From contig NC_086108.1 in the NCBI RefSeq assembly GCF_963921235.1, positions 92,816,001-92,880,000 of the forward strand: 64,000 nucleotides of DNA, written 5' to 3'. The DNA comes from Mobula hypostoma. Taxonomy: Eukaryota. This document shows positions 1 through 12,149 of the stretch, piece by piece. The notes under the pieces are model-generated. The model was not told where the DNA came from, ran no database searches, and was given only the letters and a program-made list of their open reading frames with translations. Positions within the stretch are counted from its first letter, which is position 1, and every line of letters begins with the position of its first letter. Made by a program: the position numbers and the translations under genes.

Positions 1-1819
1 ACTGCTAACACTGCCACCCAGCTTCGTGTCATCCGCAAACTTGGAGATGCTGCATTTAATTCCCTCATCCAAGTCATTAATATATATTGTAAACAACTGG
101 GGTCCCAGCACTGAGCCTTGCGGTACCCCACTAGTCACCGCCTGCCATTCTGAAAAGGTCCCGTTTATTCCCACTCTTTGCTTCCTGTCTGCTAACCAAT
201 TCTCCACCCACACCAATACCTTACCCCCAATACCGTGTGCTTTAAGTTTGCACACTAATCTCCTGTGTGGGACCTTGTCAAAAGCCTTTTGAAAATCCAA
301 ATATACCACATCCACTGGTTCTCCCCTATCCACTCTACTAGTTACATCTTCAAAAAATTCTATGAGATTCGTCAGACATGATTTTCCTTTCACAAATCCA
401 TGCTGACTTTGTCCGATGATTTCACCGCTTTCCAAATGTGCTGTTATCACATCCTTGATAACTGACTCCAGCAGTTTCCCCACCACCGACGTTAGGCTAA
501 CCGGCCTATAATTCCCCGGTTTCTCTCTCCCTCCTTTTTTAAAAAGTGGGGTTACATTAGCCACCCTCCAATCCTCAGGAACTAGTCCAGAATCTAACGA
601 GTTTTGAAAAATTATCACTAATGCATCCACTATTTCTTGGGCCACTTCCTTAAGCACTCTGGGATGCAGACCATCTGGCCCTGGGGATTTATCTGCCTTC
701 AATCCCTTCAATTTACCTAACACCACTTCCCTACTAACATGTATTTCGCTCAGTTCCTCCATCTCACTGGACCCTCTGTCCCTTACTATTTCTGGAAGAT
801 TATTTATGTCCTCCTTAGTGAAGACAGAACCAAAGTAATTATTCAATTGGTCTGCCATGTCCTTGCTCCCCATAATCAATTCACCTGTTTCTGTTTGCAG
901 GGGACCTACATTTGTCTTTATCAGTCTTTTCCTTTTTACATATCTATAAAAGCTTTTACAATCCGTTTTTATGTTCCCTGCCAGTTTTCTCTCATAATCT
1001 TTTTTCCCCTTCCTAATTAAGCCCTTTGTCCTCCTCTGCTGAACTCTGAATTTCTCCCAGTCCTCAGGTGAGCCACTTTCTCTGGCTAATTTGTATGCTA
1101 CTTCTTTGGAATTGATACTATCCCTAATTTCTCTTGTCAGCCATGGGTGCACTACCTTCCTTGATTTATTCTTTTGCCAAACTGGGATGAACAATTGTTG
1201 TAGTTCATCCATGCAACCTTTAAATGCCTGCCATTGCATATCCACCGTCAATCCTTGAAGTGTCATTTGCCAGTCTATCTTAGCTAATTCACGTCTCATA
1301 CCTTCAAAGTTACCCCTCTTTAAGTTCAGAACCTTTGTTTCTGAATTAACTACGTCACTCTCCATGTTAATGAAGAATTCCACCATATTATGGTCACTCT
1401 TACCCAAGGGGCCTCTCACGACAAGATCGCTAATTAACCCTTCCTCATTGCTCAAAACCCAGTCAAGAATAGCCTGCTCTCTAGTCGGTTCCTCGACATG
1501 TTGGTTCAAAAAACCATCCCGCATACATTCCAAGAAATCCTCTTCCTCAGCACCTTTACCAATTTGGTTCACCCAGTCTACATGTAGATTGAAGTCACCC
1601 ATTATAACTGCTGTTCCTTTATTGCACACATTTCTAATTTCCTGTTTAATACCATCTCCGACCTCACACTACTGTTAGGTGGCCTGTACACAACTCCCAC
1701 CAGCGTCTTCTGCCCCTTAGTGTTACGCAGCTCTACCCATATCGATTCCACATCTTCCCGGCTTATGTCCTTCCTTTCTATTGCGTTAATCTCTTTTTTA
1801 ACCAGCAACGCCACCCCAT
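1..1819 (-). mobile_element. Young CR1 LINE ORF2 (APE endonuclease + RT), 5'-truncated, runs off the window start
   Basis: Minus-strand translation gives [42 protein letters not shown] and KFADDTK. One frameshift near 1670, then an apparently open frame to base 1. Confidence 0.93.
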
Positions 1820-1884
1820 CTGTTAAACTCACCTCAACATGTCTTTTACAGTCATTTAACCCACCAGGGGCAATAGAAAAGTAT

Positions 1885-2098
1885 CAGATACAATCCTAAC
1901 CTGATCACAGAGCGATTTACAATGACCAATTAATCTTCCAGGCAGTACATCTTTGGACTGTGGGAGGAAACTGAAGCACCTGGAGGAAATCCACGCAGTC
2001 ATGGGAGAAGGTACAAACTCCTTACAGACGGTGGCGGGAATTGAATCAGGGTCGCTGCTACTGTAAAGTGTGCTGACCACTACACTACTGAGCCCCCC
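1885..2098 (-). mobile_element. tRNA-derived V-SINE (HE1-like)
   Basis: tRNA-like head with A/B boxes (tagtgtagtgg; gattcaattcc) followed by V-domain-like gcgtggatttcctccaggtgcttcagtttcctcccaca. Confidence 0.8.
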
Positions 2099-2149
2099 CA
2101 CCAGTCCATCAGATGTACACCTCAGAGATATACCAACACGTACACTAAC

Positions 2150-2392
2150 TGTGATAAGACTGCTGAACGGATCCTGACCCGGATCTGGGCCGTACCCTCC
2201 AAATATCCGGACCTGCATCTCGGGTTTTTTTGTACTACCTTACTTTCCATTTTCTATTTATGATTTATAATTTAAATTTTTAATATTTACTATCGATTTG
2301 TAATCCAGGGAGCGGGAAGCGCAGAATCAAATATCGCTATGATGATTGTACATTCTAGTATCAATTGTTTGGCAACAATAAAGTATAAAGTA
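2150..2392 (+). mobile_element. LINE 3' end (Rex1/Babar- or L2-like)
   Basis: Ends in AATAAA plus an (aagtat)n tail. Starts with gtgataagactgctgaac, resembling the ORF2 C-terminus of this LINE group. Confidence 0.55.
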
Positions 2393-2697
2393 TCATTGCA
2401 TTATATTATTGAATAACAAGTTAACGTCCAGTACATGCAAAATGGGGCCGTATGAACCTTCCCTCTCACCACTCCTGTCTTTTTCTTGTTAAAGACGTGA
2501 AGATTGTTATGTTCATTATTGAGAGACACCTGGATGCCAGCCTTGCCAGATATCTAGCTTTATTGATAATGCTGCTTGTACAATATGTGAACTCCTCCCA
2601 GGTAGGAGTGGCTAATGGAGTGACATAGGAGTAACAGTATTAATTAGCACTACAAAGATCAAGAGGGTCAGTACCCATCCTCCCCCCTTCCACTTAC

Positions 2698-2934
2698 CAT
2701 CAACTCCTTGTCCATGAAGTATGGCTTTTCTGCAGACCCATCATTCGTTGCTAGATCGATAGCATAACACATGAAGAGCACATCGACCACCATCTCAAAC
2801 ACCGACAAGAAGCAGTGAGCCACCAAATAGGCGAAAAAGGACACCAATATGAGAGGGACTCCCCAGACATTCAGGTCATGGTTGTAGTTAAATGCCATGA
2901 GGCCTCCAAAGACTGTGAAACACACAATGAACAC
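2698..2934 (-). CDS. SLC44A3: SLC44A3 internal coding exon
   Basis: Acceptor ttcttttcAG, donor GTaag. 237 bp, phase 0/0. Encodes VFIVCFTVFGGLMAFNYNHDLNVWGVPLILVSFFAYLVAHCFLSVFEMVVDVLFMCYAIDLATNDGSAEKPYFMDKELM. CFTVFGGLMAFNY and NDGSxEKPYFMD favour SLC44A3 over SLC44A1. Confidence 0.93.
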
Positions 2935-3084
2935 CTGAAAAGAACAAAACGTGATGTACATTATATTCACAAACGTCAAGCAAAACATCAGTGCTAACAG
3001 AGGGCAATTCTCTTATCAACCCATTTACAATGTGAGGTTTTAAATGGACATCTGTTTTCTCCATTATTTTATTTACCTTATTTG

Positions 3085-3313
3085 ATTGATACACAGTGCT
3101 GAGCTGTCCAGAAATCCCCTTATTTAATCTGAGCCTAAGCACTGGACAATTTATAATGATCAATTAACCGACCAATCAGTAGGTCTTTGGATTGTGGGGA
3201 GGAACGGGAGCAACCGGGAGAACATACAAACTCCTTACAGGCAGCGACGGGAATTGAACCCGGGTCGCCTGTACTGCAAAGTGTTGTGCTAACCACGACA
3301 CTATCGTGCCGCC
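3085..3313 (-). mobile_element. tRNA-derived V-SINE (HE1-like)
   Basis: Same head (ggttcaattccc B box) and body as the other copies, with an internal deletion. Confidence 0.75.
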
Positions 3314-3685
3314 CATTATCAATGGTTTAGGATGTGGAATCTGACTGCTGCTCCGTACCTCATCCTGGGGACTATATTCAGAGGTGAGGGGATTATCTGG
3401 AGGCAACTCATTACACAAAAGCAACACGTCAGTGCCATTTTTTGGCTCAGTCAGATTTTGGGCTGGATTACTGAGCAACGGCCCACTGTAAGATCATGGT
3501 TCAATTCCTGCTGCTCTCTGTATGGAGTCTGTACATTCTCTCCGTAACCGCACGTGTCTCCTTTGGGTGCTCTGGTTTCAGGTGTTGGGGGAGAGGGCAA
3601 TGAAGTAAGAAGGTGCGAGGTGATAGGTGGAAGACGTAAAGGGCTAAAGGAGGAAGAATCTGGTAGGACAGGAGAGTGGACCATG

Positions 3686-6600
3686 TTCTGAGTTGTGTAC
3701 ACTTCAATGCAAGGAGTATTGTAGGAAAGGCAGATGAGTTCAGGGCATGGATCAACACTTGGAGTTATGACAATGTAGCCCTTAGTGAGACTTAGTTGCA
3801 GTGTCCCAGGGTTCCGTTGTTTTTGATGATAGAGAGGGACGGCTTAAAAGGAGAGGGGTGGCATTACTAATGGGGAAAAATGTCACGGCAGTGCTCAGAC
3901 AGGACAGGTCGGAGATTCATCTACTGAATTATATGGGTGGAACCAAGGAATAAGAAAGGGATGGCCATGTTAGGGCATATTATTGACCACCCAACATTCC
4001 ATGGAGTTCAGAGGAGCAAATTTGTAGAGCGATCGCAGACTGTTGCAACAAAAACATTTGGTTTTGATAGTAGGTGATTTTAACTTTCCACATATTGACT
4101 AGGACTGGATGGGAAAGAGTTTGTCAAATGTGTTCAGGAAAGTTTCCTTAACCAGTACATAGAAGTTCCAACTAGAGAGAGTGCAATATTAGATCTCCAA
4201 ATAGGCCATGAGACAAGGCAGGTGACAGAAGCTTGTGTAGGGGAACAGTTTGCATCTAGTGATCAAAGTGCTATTGGTTCAAGATATTTATGAAAAAGGA
4301 TAGATCCGGTTGCAGGTTGAGATTCGAAATTTATTTAGGTTCTAATATTTGTAAGGAGATTAAATGATTTCATAACAAAACATAATATACTCTGTGAACA
4401 GCAATATGGTTTCAGAAAAAACAGAACCACTACAAGAGCATTAATAGATTTTATAGAAGAAATATCAAATGCTATAGAAACAAATGAGTACACAGTGGGA
4501 TTATTCCTAGATCTAAAAAAAGCATTTGAGACCATTGACCAGAAATTATTATTAATAAAATATGGTATTAGAGGGGTGGTACATGACTGGTTAAGTAGTT
4601 ATTTGGAAGACAGGTATCAGTATGTACATATAAACAACTCGAATTCAAAACTTTTGAGGGTAACTTGTGGGGTTCCACAAGGTTCAGTGCTTGGTCCATT
4701 GCTGTTCATTTTGTATATAAACGATATATGTACGGTCTCTCAGACATTAAAATGTATATTATTTGCTGATGATGCAACTATATTTTGTAGTGGGGAACAT
4801 CTGAAACAACTTTTGGATACAGTAGAGAAAGAACTAAAAATTATAAAGAAATGGTTTGATACTAACAAATTATCACTGAATTTAAGTAAAACTAAATTCA
4901 TAATATTTGGAAACCATGTACCAAACTCATATAGTAAACTTAGAATAAATAATGTTGAAATTGATAAGGTATCTGAAACAAAATTTTTAAGGGTGGTAAC
5001 AGATAATAAATTAAGCTGGAAACCACATATAAATTATGTCAAAGCAAAAATGTCAAAATCTATTGCAATACTGTACAAAAAACAAGAGTTCTTAAATCAG
5101 GAATCTTTGTATACATTATATTGTTCACTTATAGTCCCGTACATGACTTACTATGTAGAGGCATGGGGAAATACATACAAAACAAATACAAACTCAATTT
5201 TTCTACTCCAAAAGAAAGTCATACGAATTGTAAATAAGACAAGTTATTATGAGCCAACCAATCCACTATTTATTCAATTAAACACTTTAAAATTCAGAGA
5301 TTTCATAGACTTTTAAATAATACAAATTATGTATAAAGTAAAAAATGGACAGCTACCACAAAGTATCCAAAGGTTTTTTAAAATGAGAGAAAGTCAACAT
5401 GATTTGAGAGGAACATGTATACTTCAAAAACAAAGGATAAGAACAAATGTAAAAAATCATTGTATTTCAGTCTGGGGGTGAATCTATGGAACAGTTGTAG
5501 TGAGAATTTAAAAACATGCACCACACTTAAGTTTAAAAAATTATTTAAAAATAATTTAATGAACAAATATAAAACACATGATTTAAAATGAATGGGAGTA
5601 ATGTAAATAAATGATACTTGGAATCGGATTTTGTGTTAAAAGGTTATGAAATTTTTTTGTTTTGATGTGATGATTGATGCCAAATATGTTGTTGTATAAG
5701 TAAAAGGGGTAGGTGTAATAAGCTGTAGCTTCAGCCTACACCCTTCCGGTCTGTTTTAAAGGATATCTATGCCTTTTTCTTGTAATTTTGTCCTATGAAA
5801 TCATTGTTGAAAATGATGCTTTTTGTTATGTTTGTACTGACCAAAATAAATTTCATTCATTCATTCATAAATTGATGAAAGGCCAGTGTTGATGGTATCA
5901 TAAAGGATCTGGCTAGTGTGGGTTGTGACAGGTTGTTTTCTGGGGAAGGCATACTTGGTAAGTGGGAGGCCTTCAAAATGAAATTTTGAGATCACAGAGT
6001 TTGTATGTTCCTGTCAAAATAAGAGGCAAGGAAAACAAGTTTATGGATTCCTGGTTTTGAAGAGATAATGAAGCCCTGGTTAAGAAGAAAGAGGAGGTGC
6101 ATAGCAGGTATGAGTAGGAAAGAGCAAACGAGATACAGAAGAGAACACTTGAGAAGGAATTTCAGAGGGCTAAAAGAAGACATAAGGTTGCTCCAGCAGA
6201 CAAGGAGAAGGAGAATCCCAAAGACTTCTACAAATATATTAAGAACAAAAGGATAGCAAGGAACAAAATTGGTCCTTTCGAAGATCAGAGTGGTCATCTA
6301 AGCCTGGACCCAGAAGAGATGGTGGAGAGCTTAAATGGATTGTTTGCATTTGTATTTACTTGGGAGACGTACTCAGAGTCTATCGAAGTGAGACAAAACA
6401 GCAGTGAGGTTACCTGTATCGCGTCCCTATACAGATTACAGAGGAGGTGTTTTCTGTCTTGAGGTGAATTAGAGTGGATTAATCCCCAGGGCCTGACAAG
6501 GTGTTCCCTTGGATCCTGTGGGAGACTAGTGCAGACATTGCAGAGGCCATAGTAGAGATACCTTAGCCACAGGTGATGTGCCAGAGGTTTGGAGGGTAGC

Positions 6601-7760
6601 TATTGTTGTTTTGCTGTTTAGGAAAGGCTCGAAGGTTAAGCTGGGAACTTGTAGGCCAATGAACCTGATATCAGTAGTGGGCAAGTTACTGGTTGGTATT
6701 CTAAGCAATCAGATTGCTGTATAAGTACTTGGATAAACAGGGACTGATCAAGAATAATTAGCATGGCTTCAATCTTACAGAGTTTCTTGAGGAAGTTACC
6801 AAGAATGTTGATCAAGACAAAGCAGTGGATGTTGTCTCCATCGACTTTAGTAAGGCCTCCGAAAGGGTCCAGTATGGGAGGTTAGTCAAGAAGGTTCAGT
6901 CGCTTAGCATTCAGGATGAGGTAGTAAATTGGACTAGATATTGGCTTCATGGGAGAAACCAGAGAATGGTAGTAGATGGTTGTCTCTCTGACAGGAGGCC
7001 TGTGACTAGTGGTGTGCCGCAGGGATTGGTGCTGTGTCTGTTGCTGTTCATCAGCTATATCAACAACCTGGATAATGTAAACTGGATCAACAAATTTGCC
7101 CATGACACCAAGTTTGGGGGTCTAGCGGACAACGAGGAAGGCTCTCAAAGCTTGCAGCAATATCTGGACCAGCTGGAAAAACGGGCTGAAAAATGGCAGA
7201 GAGAATTTAATGTAGACAAGTGTGAGTATTGCGTGCAGTTTTGGACACCTGACTACGGGAAAGATGTCAGTAAGTTTGAAGAAGCGCAGAGAAAATTTAC
7301 AAAGATATTGCTGGGACTTGAGAATTTCAGCATTCTGGAAAGTTAGATAGGTTAAGCCTTTATTCCCCAGAGCATAAGAAGATGAGGGAAGATTTGATAG
7401 AAGTATGCAAAATTATGAGGGTTATAGATAAGGTAAATGCAAGCAAGCTTTTTCCATTGCGGTTGGGTGGGACTACAAGTAGAGGTCATGGGTTACGGAT
7501 GAATGGTGAAATGTTTAAGGGGAACATAGGGGGGAGCTTCTTCAGACAGAGGGTGGTGAGAGTGTGGAATGAGCTGCCAGCAGTACTGATGGATGCAGGT
7601 TTGATTTCAACATTGAAGAGAAATTTAGATAGGTACCTGGATGGCAGAGGTATGGAGGTCTATGGCCCATGTGCAGTTCAACGCGACTAGGCAGATTAAA
7701 AGCTCAACAGGGTTTCGATGGGCTGAGGGGCTTGTTCTTGTGCTGTAGTGTTCTATTGCT
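3686..7760 (+). mobile_element. Degenerate CR1 LINE ORF2 and 3' UTR, interrupted at 4332-5868
   Basis: Fragments of FNARS, GDFNF, DFSKA, GVPQG and RVVRVWNELP motifs with many stops and frameshifts. CR1-type 3' end near 7740. Confidence 0.85.
4332..5868 (+). mobile_element. AT-rich LINE (Crack/L2-group), 5'-truncated, nested in CR1
   Basis: Open frame about 4339-5316 with [36 protein letters not shown] and LFADDAT. 3' UTR has a stem-loop near 5705-5745, AATAAA and a (TTCA)n tail. 5-bp aaatt duplication at 4327-4331 and 5869-5873. Confidence 0.85.
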
Positions 7761-7840
7761 TCATGACATTAGAAACCAATTATTTAGTAGAGCCTGTCAG
7801 AAGTATAACAAGTCTCTCAATGGGCATTGTATGTACTCAC

Positions 7841-7978
7841 CTTTCCCAGAAACAACATAAAGTCTCCAAAGCAATTGACTGTAGCCACATTCAGCGCATT
7901 ACTGACAATGAGAAAGAATGCTTCTTTGGCTGAGCTGCAGAAATTTGTCCCATTGATCGCCGTTGCAATGTATGCATT
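7841..7978 (-). CDS. SLC44A3: SLC44A3 internal coding exon
   Basis: Acceptor tctctttcAG, donor GTgag. 138 bp, phase 0/0. Encodes [46 protein letters not shown]. Confidence 0.95.
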
Positions 7979-8010
7979 CTGAAAGAGAAAGTGGGAAGCT
8001 TGTATGTATA

Positions 8011-8345
8011 CAACAGGAATTCTGCAGATGCTGGAAATTCAAGCAACATACATCAAAGTTGCTGGTGAACGCAGCAGGCCAAGCAGCATCTATAGGAAGA
8101 GGCGCAGTCGACGTTTCAGGCCGAGACCCTTCGTCAGGACTAACTGAAGGAAGAGTGAGTAAGGGATTTGAAAGCTGGAGGGGAGGGGGAGATGCGCATC
8201 TCCCCCTCCCCTCCAGCTTTCAAATCCCTTACTCACTCTTCCTTCAGTTAGTCCTGACGAAGGGTCTCGGCCTGAAACGTCGACTGCGCCTCTTCCTATA
8301 GATGCTGCTTGGCCTGCTGCGTTCACCAGCAACTTTGATGTATGT
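8011..8345. mobile_element. Fold-back (palindromic) Penelope-derived non-autonomous insertion
   Basis: Perfect inverted repeat 8046-8345 centred on gatgc|gcatc. 14-bp TSD agcttgtatgtata (7997-8010 and 8346-8359). Arm nearly identical to the Penelope 3' end at 29767-29920. Confidence 0.92.
8250..8285 (+). ncRNA. Minimal type I hammerhead ribozyme motif (mirror copy on - strand at 8106-8141)
   Basis: agtc-CUGACGA-agggucucggccu-GAAAC-GUC-gact: stem I agtc/gact, intact core, short stem II, loop-less ACGU stem III. This matches the minimal hammerheads known from Penelope-like element termini. Confidence 0.78.
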
Positions 8346-8554
8346 AGCTTGTATGTATAATGAGGTTATTGAAGAAGCATTGTTCAAAGGAACATTTTGC
8401 AAATGCCTCCCTTTGTGCCTTTCTGACCATAAAGTAATTATCACAGCAATTGCAATAAACACACCTACTCAATGTTCTCTATTTGTTGCTCATAACACAA
8501 CATCAGTTAATCTTCACCTCTTCGGCAGCTCATTCAATGGTTCACCTTCAATAT

Positions 8555-9270
8555 ACGCTCAGTGGTGGCTTTAATTGGTAATATTTAAGAGGGAGTTAGA
8601 TATGGCCCTTGTGGCTACGGGGGTCACGGGGTATGGAGGGAAGGCTGGGGCGGGGTTCTGAGTTGGATGATCAGCCATGATCATAATAAATGGTGGTGCA
8701 GGCTCGAAGGGCTGAATGGCCTACTCCTGCACCTATTTTCTATGTTTCTATGTTTATTAGGAGCCTCCTGTACCTAATGAAGTGGCCACTGAGTGTATGT
8801 CCGTGGTCCTTTGCTGCTGCAGCCCACCCACTTCAAGGTTCAGTGTGCTATGCGTTCAGAGATGTGCTTCTTGTAACTGGTGGTTATTTGAGTTACTGCT
8901 TCCTTCCCGTCAGCTGAAACCAGTTTAGCCAATCTTCTCTGACCACTCTCATTAACAAGACATGCTTTTTTCCCCCTTTGGATTTTATTTTTTCCTTTTC
9001 GCACTATTCTCTGTAAACTCTGGAGACCATTTCACGTGAAAATCCTGGCAGATGAGCAGTTTCTGAGATTTTCAGACCACACCATCTGGCACCAACAATC
9101 ATTCCATGGTCAAAGTCACTTCGATCACATTTCATCTCCATTCTGATGTTTGGTCTGAACAACAACTGAACCTCATGACCATGTATGTATGCTTTTATAC
9201 ATTGCTGCCACATAATTGGCAGATCAGACATCTGCATTAACAAAAAGGTGTACAGATGTAACTAATCTAG
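8555..9270 (-). mobile_element. Tc1/mariner non-autonomous derivative with a CR1 3'-end insert (about 8575-8752)
   Basis: TIR-like cagtggccact/ttattagg motifs. ORF 9004-9243 encodes DRSDFDHGMIVGARWCGLKISETAHLPGFSREMVSRVYRE, a Tc1 N-terminal HTH region. Confidence 0.78.
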
Positions 9271-10479
9271 GGCTATGCTCTCTTCTTTTATCAGGAGGTC
9301 TATCAGGAAGGAGGCAGCCTCAGGTCCCACGCCACCAGGTTCAGGAACAGTAATTACCCCTCAACCATCAGGATCTTCAACCAGAGGGTATAACTTCAAC
9401 ACTGAACTATACCCACGACCTATGGACTGACTTTCAAGGCCTCTTTATCTCATGTTCTCAATGTTTATTGCTTATTTATTTATTATTATCATTATTTTGT
9501 TTGTTTTTTGTATTTGCACGGTTTGTTGTCTTTTGCACGTTGGTTGCTTGTCCATCTTGTGTTGTTTTCCATTGATTCTATTGTTTTTGTTTGTATTTAC
9601 TGTGAAAGCCTGCAAGAAATCTCATGGTAGTACATGTCATATGTAGTTTGATAATAAATTTATTTTGAATGTTGAATGTACAGATGAAGGTGGTGTGTGC
9701 CAACAGCCAACTCTATTTAAGGTGCACAGAAACTACTTCTCACAGTATCACTAGACAGCAGTGGTAGCAATGGGCTGATAGGAAAGCCTTTGTATACAGA
9801 AGCATTCAAAAAATCATGTCTCTAGTTTGATGTAAGAAGGGTGCATTTCACTCAGTTTACTTCCAGCATCATAAAGCTAGAAGCATAAAACATAATTGTC
9901 CACTAAGATTTCCATTAATATCAGAAACAGTATCATTACTTCAACTGTCTCTCCATAATGGCTTTCCACTGACACAAGACAGCACCTGTTTTAGACTGTT
10001 CCTTGATCTGTAAGTCTTCATTATTATAACAGGAAGCTGATCATTGAAGATCCCAGTGAAAGTCATTAGCCTGAGCTGCTAACTCTCCCCACAGAGGCTG
10101 ACTGACCTGCTGACCGTCTCCAGCACTTTGTTTTTATTGGTCTTTGACACTGAAAATGCTTGGATGAATTTTCTTGTTGGAGAGAGTAATGCTAGCTGCT
10201 GAAGTGAGGATGTCAGGCTGCCTGGAAAAGCTGAAGATACAGATTCAGAGGCATCATTCTGCTATAGGGGCAGAACGAATCCTGAAGGTTTTACATTCCA
10301 TGCAATCTTTTTCAGGGGGAGCTTGCTAATACCATCTCCCAGTCAGGTGATATTCCTATAGATGGCTTGTTAAACTACACACAGATGTTTGTGCCAAATG
10401 CATCTAATTTACTTCAGGAATCAGTAGGTCGGTATTCTTTTCATTCTATTTTTGATTTTTCTTTCAAATCTTAGAATTG

Positions 10480-11040
10480 CCCAGAACAGAAATGGGCCCT
10501 TCACCCCAACTGGTCCATGCCAGGAAAGATTACCATTTAAGCTAGTCCCATTTGCCTGTGTTTGGCCCATATCCCTCTAAATCTTTCCTATTCATGTAAC
10601 TCTTCAATCATCTTTCAAATATTGTTGATGTACATGTCCTTATCAACTTCCTCTGACAGCTCATTCCATGTACTGACCACCATCTGCGTGAAAAAGATGT
10701 CCCTCAGGCTCATATTAAATCTCTCCCCACTCACCTTAAACCCGTGCCATCTGGTTCTTGATTCCCCAACTCTTAGGAAAAAGATGCATTCTCCTTACCT
10801 ATGCCCCTTATGATTTTATAGAAATCTAGAAGATTACTCCTCATTCTCCAATGCTTCAATGGAAAAATGTTTCAACCTGCTCAATCTCTCTGTGTAACTC
10901 AGTCCTGGCAACATCCTCATAAATCTCCTCTGTACTCTTTCCAGCTTAATGGCACCTTTCCTACAGCAGGGTGACCAAAGCTAAACGTAATATTCCAAAT
11001 ACAGTCTCACCAATGTCATGTAAAACTCAAACATGATTTT
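10480..11040 (-). mobile_element. Degenerate CR1 3' fragment
   Basis: Reverse complement matches the ORF2 C-terminus and 3' UTR of the other CR1 copies. Confidence 0.7.
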
Positions 11041-12149
11041 CCAATCAACATACTATCCAAAAGCATTGACACAGCCCACAATGCGTAAGCCAAGTTAAAA
11101 CCAAGAGTCAAATGAGTGAGCCTGTCTAATACAAGGGCATGCCTGTCAGTGTTAGTATTCAACTATCCTTGTGAGGGCTGCACTCCATTCGTTGTACACT
11201 CCCTGTACATGTTTTACACAGAATTCATAGCAAGAACTGTTCCAACATGTAAGAAAATAAACTATCCCACCTAACATCATTTCTCCTTTCAGACTACTGA
11301 CAGATATAAATCATTTCACATGTTACTTAGAAATGTGTCTTCTTCCACAGCTCCTGAGTATGCTTTTGGTAAATAGTCGGCATGGAAATCAGCGATTGTG
11401 CTTGGTGCAGTGAAGAACCACGGAATCCTTGGCTGTCTTCTCATCAGCCAAGACTTGTGCCAGGAAACAATCCACCCACTGCATTCAGAATTGCAAGATG
11501 TTTGTGCCAACGGCTTCAGCTGTTGAGATCTGTGGAAAGCTTTGTGCTAATTGCCGTCAGCCTCTGAGATAATCACTGGTCTCTGTGGTTTGATGAACTC
11601 TATAACTCTCTCCTCTCACACAGACCAACTTCCAAGAGTTCAAAATCTGCACCCAGTAATATTAGCGAAGTGAACGCAGCACCGACCCCTGACAGCTATT
11701 CAATCTTTCTCATGTACAACTATGAAAAGTGCCGTTGTTCTGAAGCAGTGCTGATCCTCATATTGTTCAGTCCCTTTCTGTTTGACTGGCACCCCCTCTC
11801 CACAGGCATTGACAGAGCCTTCGTGTGCCAAATCATTCTGTGCGGCAGGAGACCGAAAGAGGCAGGGATGGTGATAACTCTTTAATAGGGAGCTGTGTTT
11901 TATTTAAATATAAAAATATAAAGTGACAGTCCCTGTTAGAATTCTGTACTGTGTCCACCTCTGGGCATCACACATCAGAAAGGCATTACCGACCTTGGGA
12001 AGGAGCACAGATAAGATTTACCAGAATTAGGTCAGGGTTAAGGAACTTGAGTTAAATGGAGAGTTGAGAGTACTGAATGGTATGATGAAGCAGAAAAGAG
12101 AGAGATTTAATTGATCAATTCAAATTTATGAGTGAATTTATGAATCTCT

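Noticed and set aside
7963..8332. Near-identical ORFs on both strands (7963-8301 + and 8090-8332 -)
   Set aside because: Automatic consequence of the DNA palindrome; derived from a non-coding Penelope terminus.
11290..11890. Possible extra exon or nested gene in unique-looking sequence
   Set aside because: No recognisable protein motif, and the flanking SLC44A3 exons (…YLNQ|NAY…) already join without a gap.
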